The notes under the pieces are model-generated. The model saw only the letters and a list, made by a program, of their open reading frames with translations. It was not told the origin of the DNA and did not search any database. Below, one piece after another: positions 28,960-37,002 of a stretch of DNA of 50,374 nt (position 1 is the stretch's first letter; each line of letters begins with the position of its first letter). A program made the translations under genes and the position numbers. This DNA comes from Chitinophaga sp. (GTDB lineage: Bacteria; Bacteroidota; Bacteroidia; Chitinophagales; Chitinophagaceae): contig NZ_DATCRF010000365.1 of the NCBI RefSeq assembly GCF_036569125.1, positions 1 through 50,374 of the forward strand, given 5' to 3'.

Positions 28960-29008
28960 CAAAAGAGAATGTGAGTGGCTAAAATTTTTACCACTCACAT
29001 TAGTAAAA

Positions 29009-29080
29009 GGTTGGGTAGCTCCAATGGTAGAGCAGCGGTTTGAAGCATCGCCTGTGCAGGTTCGAATCCTGCCCCATCCA
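29009..29080 (+). tRNA. tRNA-Phe(GAA)
   Basis: Acceptor ggttggg/cccatcc (one U-U), loop ttGAAgc, T arm gcagg/cctgc. Confidence 0.85.
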
Positions 29081-29103
29081 CGGACCAATAAAAACAGAAT
29101 GCC

Positions 29104-29589
29104 ATGGACCACAAAAGACAATGGAGACGGTTAAACGGCGCCATTGTAAAAACACCGATCGAAGATGAAATAAGGGATGTGCTGGTACAAGCCATCCACA
29201 ATGGTTACACCATGAAGGTTTGTATAGGTACAGACAGTCAGGTGAAAGGCCGCACCACGGAGTTTGCTACCGTGATCGTATTTATCCGCAAGGGAAAAGG
29301 CGGTTTCATGTACATACACAATGAAACCACGGTACGCAAAATGTCTGTAAGAGAAAGGATGCTGGCGGAAGTAACCAAAAGTATTGAAGTAGCCTACGAA
29401 TTATGTGGCCTGTTCACTACTTACAATGTAGATATGGAAGTGCACGCGGATATTAACACACAACCCAACTTTAAAAGTAACGATGCTTTAAAGGAAGCAA
29501 TGGGTTATATCACCGGGATGGGTTTTGCCTTTAAAGCCAAGCCGCATGCCTTTGCCAGCAGCAGCTGTGCAGATAAAGCCGTGCATTGA
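29104..29589 (+). CDS. Ribonuclease H-like YkuK (DUF458) family protein
   Basis: VCIGTDSQ, ERMLAEV..SIEVA, EVHADIN, KP.AFASSSCAD motifs with acidic catalytic-type residues. Confidence 0.85.
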   Translation: MDHKRQWRRLNGAIVKTPIEDEIRDVLVQAIHNGYTMKVCIGTDSQVKGRTTEFATVIVFIRKGKGGFMYIHNETTVRKMSVRERMLAEVTKSIEVAYELCGLFTTYNVDMEVHADINTQPNFKSNDALKEAMGYITGMGFAFKAKPHAFASSSCADKAVH

Positions 29590-29954
29590 TAAGGCGATCT
29601 GGCATAAAAGATAGCAATGTGACCAGGCATCGGAACAGCTCTCGCTATTTGCACACTGCTTTAATGAGCCGTCAGAAACTGAAAGGTGGGTATGGAAATA
29701 ACTGCGGGATAGCTGGCAGTGCTCCATATTTGGATAAGCTGGCAAAGCTGTAAAGTGTGAGTATAAAAATGTGACTGCGGACAGCTGTCAAAACAAATTA
29801 TAAATTATAACTGATGGAAAGCATCAGTAAAAGATCTTCCCCTGTTAGGGGAAGTGGATACTCTTCTAACCGGCAACCCGGGCGTGGTCTTAGAAGCCCC
29901 GCAGTGCAGCGGCTGTAGCTTGCTGTATGCTGTTGTTCGTGTTTGGCAGTATCC

Positions 29955-30089
29955 CGACCTGTGGGTTGAAGGTTCGATTCCTTCACGGTTTAAAGCACCG
30001 TTAGCTCAATTGGTTAGAGCAACAGTTGTGTATGTGGGTTCAAATCCCACTCCTTTTTAGAAAGGATAGCATAATGGTTATGCAACAGC
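29955..30089 (+). ncRNA. Two tandem circularly permuted tRNA-like domains (YrlA/Y-RNA-like)
   Basis: Order is T-arm, loop-closed acceptor hairpin, D-arm, twice: gaagg-ttcgatt-ccttc / acggt..accgt / gctc-aattggtta-gagc and gtggg-ttcaaat-cccac / tccttt..aaagga / gcat-aatggtt-atgc. Confidence 0.7.
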
Positions 30090-30128
30090 CCGGAAGCGCA
30101 CTCCTTCCCTAAAAAGTGCACCAACAAA

Positions 30129-30317
30129 ACCAGCGTTACCCGGCCGGCTTATGCAAAAGGTATAGGCGACAGGCGGTTCGGTAAATACCAGCGGGTGAAT
30201 GCTCCGTTACAGGCAGCCAATGATTTGAGCAGGTAATGCACACCGCACCTGTTCCATCAACGGTCCCCGGTAACGGAAATCCACCTCCGTATGTATTGAA
30301 TGCAAAGTAGCGCTGGT
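30129..30317 (+). ncRNA. Putative multi-branched structured RNA upstream of the slipin gene
   Basis: 11-bp closing stem accagcgttac/gtagcgctggt enclosing several hairpins, including ccg-gtaa-cgg (GNRA). Confidence 0.5.
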
Positions 30318-30345
30318 CTTTTAAGATCAAAATAAAATTAACAAG

Positions 30346-31446
30346 ATGAAAAGGGTAACAATTAACGCCTACCAGGTTGGTTTGGTGTTTAAAAATGGCG
30401 TGTACAAACGCATGCTGGCAGAAGGCAGCTACTGGCTGATGCCTGTTGAAACCGTGCGCGTATACGACACTACCGCGCCGTTTGAAACAGCTTTTGAGCT
30501 TAACATCCTGTTGCAGGATGAAGCGCTGGCAGCAAGGCTGCATGTAGTAGAAGTAAAGGAAGATGAAATAGTGCTGCAATATGAGAACGGCTTGCTGAAG
30601 CAGGTGCTCACTACGGGCCGTCACGTTTTCTGGAAAGGCATTGTACAATATAAATTTGTACGCGCCGGTTTGAACAAGGTGCAGATCACGGAAAACCTTG
30701 ACCGTACCACGCTGCAGCACCGGCTGGTGGCGCCTTATGTGCGCACCTTCAGTGTGGAAGCCTACGAGCGCGCAGTATTGTTTATTGATGGTAAGTATGC
30801 ACAAACACTGGCAGGTGGTGTATACTACTTCTGGAGGAACCACATTCCCATTCTTATGGGCAAGGTAGATACCCGGCAGCTGCAAACGGAGCTGAACGGC
30901 CAGGAAATACTAACCAAAGACAAAGCCGCTTTGCGTATCAATGCCTGGGCGCAGTACCGGGTTACTGATATTGAAAAAGCTATGCTGCAGCACAAGGAGT
31001 ACGATAAGCAATTGTACATCCTGTTCCAGCTGGCGCTGCGTGAATACGTTGCCGGTTTGGGTTTGGATGAGCTGCTGGAAAAGAAAGATACCCTGGCGCC
31101 CTTCATTCTGCAGTCAGTAAGCGATAAAGCTGCCGGCCTGGGTGTGCAGGTAACCGGCTTCGGTATCCGCGATATTATACTGCCGGGTGAAATGAAGGAT
31201 ATCATGAACCAGGTGCTGGTGGCGGAAAAGAAAGCGCAGGCCAACACCATTATGCGCCGGGAAGAAACTGCCAGCACGCGTAGCTTGCTGAACACTGCAA
31301 AGCTGATGGAAGATAACCCGATGCTGTGGAAGCTGAAAGAAATGGAATATGTGGAAAAGATAGCAGAGAAGATCAGCAGCATTAGTGTAAGTGGTAACGG
31401 CGTATTGGTGGATCAGCTGCGGCAGATCTTTACGCCTCAAAAATAG
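30346..31446 (+). CDS. Slipin (SPFH/band-7) family protein
   Basis: GQEILTKDKAALRIN, QLALREYV, GIRDIILPGEMK, AEKKAQAN..RREETASTRSLLNTAKLM, KLKEME. Confidence 0.92.
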   Translation: MKRVTINAYQVGLVFKNGVYKRMLAEGSYWLMPVETVRVYDTTAPFETAFELNILLQDEALAARLHVVEVKEDEIVLQYENGLLKQVLTTGRHVFWKGIVQYKFVRAGLNKVQITENLDRTTLQHRLVAPYVRTFSVEAYERAVLFIDGKYAQTLAGGVYYFWRNHIPILMGKVDTRQLQTELNGQEILTKDKAALRINAWAQYRVTDIEKAMLQHKEYDKQLYILFQLALREYVAGLGLDELLEKKDTLAPFILQSVSDKAAGLGVQVTGFGIRDIILPGEMKDIMNQVLVAEKKAQANTIMRREETASTRSLLNTAKLMEDNPMLWKLKEMEYVEKIAEKISSISVSGNGVLVDQLRQIFTPQK

Positions 31447-31484
31447 ACGGGTTGGTTGCAAAAGGCAGCCAACCCGTTTTGTTG
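31446..31484 (+). terminator. Intrinsic terminator ending the tRNA/slipin operon
   Basis: acgggttggttgc-aaaag-gcagccaacccgt followed by tttgtt. Confidence 0.8.
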
Positions 31485-31520
31485 TTGTGTGTATAGCAGG
31501 TAAAGAATAGTCTCCTTCTC

Positions 31521-32000
31521 TTATCTACCATGGCCCCAGCCCCTGTTAATCACCCGGCCTCTTTCCCTTCTGTTATCCCCATGGTTATCGCGTGCATAGT
31601 TATGGTTATCGCGATGATTATCGCGGTTCATCATCTGGTTGTAATGGCCACGGTAGCCGGCGTAACGGCTCCGGTACACATCATGGTGCATATATGGCCT
31701 GGGCTCATTGATCACTACCTTGTAACTATGGTAAAGGTCAAACCCGCGGTAGCGTGCCGGTAAGCTGGCAGCGGTGATCCAGCGCGGACCATCTGCATAT
31801 ATGAACTGCCGTGCAGGCACATTATAATAAGCATCTATATCAGGTAAATAATAGTACTGCGCGTAATCATATCCTGCCGGGCCCCATTCAGGCTGGCTGC
31901 CAATGTTAAAATTTACGTTAACTCTTACCTGTGCGTTGGCGTTTTTGTGAAAGGCGATGCTGCCAGTGAACAGCAGGGCTACAAGTATTAAGCGTTTCAT
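31521..32000 (-). CDS. Secreted hypothetical protein (Bacteroidota-type, low-complexity R/D/H/G tail)
   Basis: Signal peptide ending ANA-QV; QPEWGP..YYYLPDIDAYY motif; DNHR repeats. Confidence 0.8.
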   Translation of the reverse strand: MKRLILVALLFTGSIAFHKNANAQVRVNVNFNIGSQPEWGPAGYDYAQYYYLPDIDAYYNVPARQFIYADGPRWITAASLPARYRGFDLYHSYKVVINEPRPYMHHDVYRSRYAGYRGHYNQMMNRDNHRDNHNYARDNHGDNRRERGRVINRGWGHGR

Positions 32001-32081
32001 GTTCGCAAATTTTTGATCTGATAGTTAGATGTGCGCAGGTAACAAGAGTTTAAACTGTTAACGTTGTTTAACACTCCGGCT

Positions 32082-32117
32082 TAAAACAAGAAAGGCCGCC
32101 TGGAAAGGCAGCCTGTT
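32082..32117 (-). terminator. Putative intrinsic terminator
   Basis: Minus strand aggctgcc-tttcca-ggcggcct followed by ttcttgtttt, downstream of the SusD-like gene. Confidence 0.6.
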
Positions 32118-32163
32118 GCATGTTTATCTAATTTGTAACCTTTAGCCCTGTTCAGGGAAAAGT

Positions 32164-33792
32164 TTAATATCCTACGTTTTGATATAAGTTGGGATAAGTT
32201 TCCAGTATGCTGATGGGAATGGGCAGCAGATCATGATGTTTATCGTAACCCAGCGGTGTTAATACCTGCACGTCCATATCCCAGCGTTTTAAAGACGGTA
32301 AGCGGTTACCTTCTGTACGCATATTGCGTTTCCAGGCGGTCATCAGCTCTGCACGGAAATTGTCTGCGCTGATAGTGTTTGCCAGGGCTGCAAGCTTTTC
32401 ACGCTGGCGTACTTTATTCAGGCTGGTAACTGCATCGCTCATAGTGCCCACATGAAGATTAGCTTCTGCATTGATCAGGTACATTTCTGTTAAGCGCAGC
32501 TCCGGTAAGAAAGTACCTCTGGTAAATACGCTCTTCACCCAGCTGCTTGTCAGGGTGTTGGAAGTATTCCACAACAGCTCTTTATTACCGGTTTGCGTAA
32601 ATATCAAAGGGGTATCCACCAGCATATAGGCTGTATTGGCAATCACTGCGCTGCTATAGGCTTTTGCATTTACAAAATCTTCCGCTTGCAGGGCCAGCTT
32701 GGCCTGTATGGCCTTACAGGCCACAGCAGAAATAATATCCGTATTGCTGCCCAGCTTTGATGCAGCTGCTGTTAACATCGTATCTATATAGGTGCGGAGG
32801 TCGTCGGTAGCGGGCCGGTTCACGTTGGTAGGTAATGCAAGGTCGTTTTGCATAGGTACATTACCAAAGTAAGACATAAGCTGAAAATATACATATGCTT
32901 TTACGCCTTTAGCCTGTGCAATGGCCAGCTCTTTCTCAGCAGCCTGCATATCGCTTACCGCATTGGTATAATTAATTACTTGATTCAGCTGTGATATTAT
33001 CTGGTAACCGTTTTTCCAGAGCAGCAGCGCGGTGCTGTTGGCGGCGGTCATACCGGTATAGGCATCTATGCTGCACCAGTCAGGGCCCATGCTGCCACAG
33101 GCCGCATCGTCCGTATACACAGCGTCAAGGGTAACCTGTACCTCATGAAAGTTATTCAGGCTTGTAACGCTGCTTTGCAGGGCGGCTGCTACTTGTGTTT
33201 TACTAGTGAAGCCTATAGGCCGGTTATCCACCTTACCGATCAGGATGCGTTTGGTGTTGCTGCTTTTGGCTGCTATATGAATGGATTGTGCGGGCAGCTC
33301 TGTAACATCATCGCCACTTATCATTCCATCGCCGTTCAGATCTTCCAACCGGAAGTTGCCGGGCGCCGCATACTTGTTAACAGGAGAGCTGGCAATTTCT
33401 GCGGTGGTTTGGTACAGGGAATCTGCTATATAACCTACATACACGCCATTTACCTGTTTTGCGCCTAAAAGGTTATTGCCATCGGTGCTGGTGGCTACAA
33501 TGAAATACTGGCCGGTATCAATGCTGGCAAAGCTGGCTTTACCATTGGCATCGGTAGTTTGGGTGTACGCAGCTGTGCTGCTGTTAAATGCAGCCTTTGT
33601 TTTAAACAGCTTTACAGTTGCGTTGGTGGCAGGTGAGCCGGCAGGTTTGTCTACGCTCCAGGTTAAAGTGTTGTAAACTTGTACTTCCAGTGATTGTTTG
33701 TCCTGCTCAGGCGTGGGCTGAGGCTTGTCGTCGTTTTTCGAACAGGCTGAAAGGGCAGCCAGCGAGAACGCATACAGTGCAATTTTCTTCAT
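32164..33792 (-). CDS. Orphan SusD-like lipoprotein with N-terminal prealbumin/SdrD-B-like domain
   Basis: Lipobox LSAC; ATVKLF..TTDANG..GQYFI beta-sandwich; then AKGVKAYVYFQLMSYFGNVP, LRLTEMYLINAEA, EGNR, LLPIP..NLYQNVGY SusD motifs. Confidence 0.85.
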   Translation of the reverse strand: MKKIALYAFSLAALSACSKNDDKPQPTPEQDKQSLEVQVYNTLTWSVDKPAGSPATNATVKLFKTKAAFNSSTAAYTQTTDANGKASFASIDTGQYFIVATSTDGNNLLGAKQVNGVYVGYIADSLYQTTAEIASSPVNKYAAPGNFRLEDLNGDGMISGDDVTELPAQSIHIAAKSSNTKRILIGKVDNRPIGFTSKTQVAAALQSSVTSLNNFHEVQVTLDAVYTDDAACGSMGPDWCSIDAYTGMTAANSTALLLWKNGYQIISQLNQVINYTNAVSDMQAAEKELAIAQAKGVKAYVYFQLMSYFGNVPMQNDLALPTNVNRPATDDLRTYIDTMLTAAASKLGSNTDIISAVACKAIQAKLALQAEDFVNAKAYSSAVIANTAYMLVDTPLIFTQTGNKELLWNTSNTLTSSWVKSVFTRGTFLPELRLTEMYLINAEANLHVGTMSDAVTSLNKVRQREKLAALANTISADNFRAELMTAWKRNMRTEGNRLPSLKRWDMDVQVLTPLGYDKHHDLLPIPISILETYPNLYQNVGY

Positions 33793-33861
33793 GGATAATA
33801 GGGTTATTTTTTATAACCCATAAAGATAATCGCATTAGTTGTTTTTTATATGTATTAGGCG

Positions 33862-35121
33862 TTATTTCTGTAATATATTTTTCAGCACTGCAGCTTTTCC
33901 ATCCACCGGTTCTGTGATCTTTAACCCTAAAATGCTGGTTATTAACGGGTACACATGTACGTTGGCAAAAGCAGGCTGCGTATAATGTTTTTTAAAGGCC
34001 GGGCCCCAGGCCATAAAAGTGGCATTCATACGGATATCATTATTATCATACCCGTGATGGCCGGGATAGGTACGCATATTTTTCCTGCTAAAAACATAGC
34101 CTGCATCTGCAACTAATATGAGGTCGCCAATACGGTTGTAACGGTCTTCCTGTCCATAATGCCAGCGGGCAGGAGTTTCTTTTTTCAGGAATACCCGGTA
34201 ATGATCGGCCTTTGCTTTTAATGTATCATATAGTTGGCGGATGCGTGCTGTATCGCTGTTATAGATCATCACCTTTTCATTCCCCAGTGATAGCTTGCAG
34301 TCACTGAGGTTAAGAGTGCTGTCTATGTAAATGGGATGTTGCAGATCCGCCTGCGCCATACCATGATCTGATACTACTATAAAATTTACAGGCAATTGCA
34401 GCCTGCCTACTGCCTGCACCATTTTGCCAATGCTTTCATCTACAAACTGAACGGCTTTGCGGGCGCTGTCTGAATCAGGCCCGGCATAGTGCGCAGCATG
34501 GTCTACTTCCGGGAAATAAAAAGCAACCAGGTGCGGACGCTTATCTGCCGGCAGGCTTAACCAGTCCACCACCTGCTGTATGCGCTGATCTATACCCTGC
34601 TTTTCATTATAGGTAAAAGAATAGGTAGGGCGGGTATCCTGTATGGCAGCTTCTGAACCAACCCAGTAATAGCTGGCGCTTACCATTTGCTGTTTTTCCG
34701 CCAGCACCCATAATGGCGTGCCGCCATACCAGCTGCCATCCTCCACCGCATCACGGTCATGCACATAGTATCTTTTACGCCGCTGCGGATCATAAAAATC
34801 ATTGTCAACAAGGCCATGGTGAGCGGGGTACAAACCCGTTACCAGCGTATAATGGTTGGGAAATGTTAAGGTGGGAAAGCTGGGCTGCATGCTCTTTGCA
34901 CGCACGCCATTGGCCGACAGGCGCAGTAAATTTTTTGCGTGATATTTCTCCGCAAAATCATACCGCATTCCGTCAATGGAAATAAGGATCACATAAGGTT
35001 TTTGCTGCTGTACGGCGCTGTTGCTGCGGTTGGGTACTGTATGCAGGGAAGTGTCCTGCGCAAAAGATAATAAGGTAAAGAAACAGCCAATGCAGGATAG
35101 TAAAAAAGATCGTTGAGCCAT
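33862..35121 (-). CDS. Type I phosphodiesterase/nucleotide pyrophosphatase (NPP family)
   Basis: ILISIDGMR, PTLTFPNHYTLVTGLYP..HG, VDHAAH, VSDHGM, GHHGYDN. Confidence 0.95.
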   Translation of the reverse strand: MAQRSFLLSCIGCFFTLLSFAQDTSLHTVPNRSNSAVQQQKPYVILISIDGMRYDFAEKYHAKNLLRLSANGVRAKSMQPSFPTLTFPNHYTLVTGLYPAHHGLVDNDFYDPQRRKRYYVHDRDAVEDGSWYGGTPLWVLAEKQQMVSASYYWVGSEAAIQDTRPTYSFTYNEKQGIDQRIQQVVDWLSLPADKRPHLVAFYFPEVDHAAHYAGPDSDSARKAVQFVDESIGKMVQAVGRLQLPVNFIVVSDHGMAQADLQHPIYIDSTLNLSDCKLSLGNEKVMIYNSDTARIRQLYDTLKAKADHYRVFLKKETPARWHYGQEDRYNRIGDLILVADAGYVFSRKNMRTYPGHHGYDNNDIRMNATFMAWGPAFKKHYTQPAFANVHVYPLITSILGLKITEPVDGKAAVLKNILQK

Positions 35122-35204
35122 ACGCCGGTATTAAAGCTATAAATTTAAATATCCTTTGTTACTTTAGAGATTACTTTTTAGTTATGAACATGGTTCCGCA
35201 TTAT

Positions 35205-36368
35205 ATGAAACTATTAAAACCTACCTGGCGCTGGTTTGGGCCGGATGATCCTGTAACCCTGCAGGAGATCAGGCAAACAGATGCTACCGGCATTGTAACC
35301 GCCTTACATGATATTCCCCATGGCGAAGTATGGCCCAGGGCTGCTATTGCCGCCCGCAAACAGCTTATTGAACAGGCAGGCCTTACCTGGGATGTGGTGG
35401 AAAGCGTAACCGTGCATGAATCCATTAAAACACAAACCGGCGATTATACCGGCTACATAGAAAAATATAAGCTCACGCTGGAGAACCTGGCTGCCTGCGG
35501 CATTCGTATTGTAACGTACAACTTTATGCCGGTGCTGGATTGGGTGCGTACCAATATCAGCTACCGATTGCCCAACGGCGCCGAAGCATTATATTTTGAT
35601 AAAGCCGACCTGGCCTTATTTGATATTCACTTACTGGAAAGGAAAAATGCCGCGAACGATTATGATGCGGCCACAGTAGCTGCTGTGTCCCAACGCTGGC
35701 AGCAGTACACGGATGCGCAAAAGCAGGCCATTGCAGATACCATCCTGCTGGGCATTCCCAGTGAAAAAAAGCTGGATATACCCGGCATCCGGGAGCGCCT
35801 GCAGCACTACAAACATATTACCCGCCAGCAGCTGCGGCAGCACCTGCAATACTTTTTACAGCAGGTAGTGCCGGTAGCAGAAAAGCTGGATATGAAGCTG
35901 GCCATTCACCCGGATGATCCGCCCTTTGATGTGCTGGGCCTGCCCCGCATTGTAAGCAGCCATGATGATATTGCTTTTATACTGCAGATGGTAGACAGCC
36001 CTGCCAATGGCGTCTGCTACTGCACCGGTTCCCTGGGCGCCGGCACGCATAACGACCTGCCGGCCATTCTGCGCATGATAGGCAGCCGCGTGAACTTTGT
36101 GCATTTACGCAATGTACAGCAGGATACCAATGGTAACTTTTATGAAGCCGATCATTTGCAGGGAGACGTAGACATGTACACCATTATGAAAACCCTGCTG
36201 CAATTACAGCAGCAGCAACCGCTGCCCATTCCATTCCGCCCCGATCACGGGCACCGTATGCTGGATGATCTGCAAAAACACTGCAACCCGGGTTATACCG
36301 CTATTGGCAGAATGAAGGGGCTGGCAGCCCTGCTTGGGTTACAGCGGGGCATTGCAGGCGGCCGCTAA
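35205..36368 (+). CDS. uxuA: Mannonate dehydratase
   Basis: WRWFGPDDPV, YNFMPVLDW, LAIHPDDPP, CTGSLG, FRPDHGH, NPGYTAIGRMKG. Start 35184 or 35205. Confidence 0.96.
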   Translation: MKLLKPTWRWFGPDDPVTLQEIRQTDATGIVTALHDIPHGEVWPRAAIAARKQLIEQAGLTWDVVESVTVHESIKTQTGDYTGYIEKYKLTLENLAACGIRIVTYNFMPVLDWVRTNISYRLPNGAEALYFDKADLALFDIHLLERKNAANDYDAATVAAVSQRWQQYTDAQKQAIADTILLGIPSEKKLDIPGIRERLQHYKHITRQQLRQHLQYFLQQVVPVAEKLDMKLAIHPDDPPFDVLGLPRIVSSHDDIAFILQMVDSPANGVCYCTGSLGAGTHNDLPAILRMIGSRVNFVHLRNVQQDTNGNFYEADHLQGDVDMYTIMKTLLQLQQQQPLPIPFRPDHGHRMLDDLQKHCNPGYTAIGRMKGLAALLGLQRGIAGGR

Positions 36369-36369
36369 G

Positions 36370-36918
36370 CTAGGCCAGCCGCCACTCTAACCAATACTGG
36401 CGCAGTGGGCCATCTGCCCCATACACCGGGTCTATTGCAGGTAACGGTAAATGCTCAATGCGTTCGTCTGCCTCCGGCCTTTCACTGGTATCGCCCCGGC
36501 AAACATCATATTGCTCCTGCCCGGGAGGGTAAGCGCCAATACAGCTGAAATCAGCGCTGCTATTCAGGCTGCAATGCGCCACACCGGCAGGTATGATCAG
36601 CACATCGCCCATTCTTACTTCCAGTGCAATGCCGTGCGGGCCGCCCAGCTGTATCGTGGCTTCGCCGCTGCAAACGCCCATTACTTCATGAGAGGTGCTG
36701 TGATAGTGATGAAAATTATAGATCCCGCTTTCCCAGATGCCCGTCCACCCATTACTGGTGAACAGCGCTTCTATAGCAGCTGCAGCGGTAAAGTCATCCG
36801 GCACCTGCAAACAATCTTCATAAAATAAAGCAGGTAAGTGTGGGTTATTGGGAAAAATGCCATCGTCCCGGAAGGCATATGGTTGTATTTCGCTGGATAA
36901 TAAAACAAGCTGGGCCAT
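36370..36918 (-). CDS. Cupin domain protein (YjlB-like)
   Basis: DDGIFPNN, HHYHSTSHEV, GDVLIIPAGVAH, GAYPPG, DPVYG. Confidence 0.88.
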   Translation of the reverse strand: MAQLVLLSSEIQPYAFRDDGIFPNNPHLPALFYEDCLQVPDDFTAAAAIEALFTSNGWTGIWESGIYNFHHYHSTSHEVMGVCSGEATIQLGGPHGIALEVRMGDVLIIPAGVAHCSLNSSADFSCIGAYPPGQEQYDVCRGDTSERPEADERIEHLPLPAIDPVYGADGPLRQYWLEWRLA

Positions 36919-36969
36919 AAACACTTAGATTTTTCTAAATAGCCTCAACTCTTGTACCACAAAAACGGT

Positions 36970-36977
36970 TACTTTTG
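36970..36977 (+). promoter_or_regulatory. -7 promoter element TACTTTTG
   Basis: Exact TAnnTTTG match 25 nt upstream of the GTG at 37003. Confidence 0.55.
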
Positions 36978-37002
36978 AAACAACAGAAAAAACCTAAGCA
37001 TC

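Noticed and set aside
28631-29201. Short minus-strand ORFs over the tRNA array
   Set aside because: Typical translations of tRNA antisense sequence.
29659-29705. Hammerhead-ribozyme-like ttaatgag...gaaa
   Set aside because: The core CUGAnGA is not matched and GAAA does not directly follow a stem II.
29995-30057. Reading D-arm 1 plus T-arm 2 as an ordinary tRNA gene
   Set aside because: The would-be acceptor strands (gcaccgt / tcctttt) do not pair and there is no anticodon arm; the permuted reading pairs each acceptor hairpin fully.
30136-30885. 249-aa minus-strand ORF
   Set aside because: Antisense to slipin and the structured RNA; no protein-like features.
27900-31484. tRNA array as part of a prophage or ICE
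   Set aside because: No integrase, att-like duplication or phage structural genes in the window; flanks are ordinary chromosomal genes. An ancient phage origin cannot be excluded.
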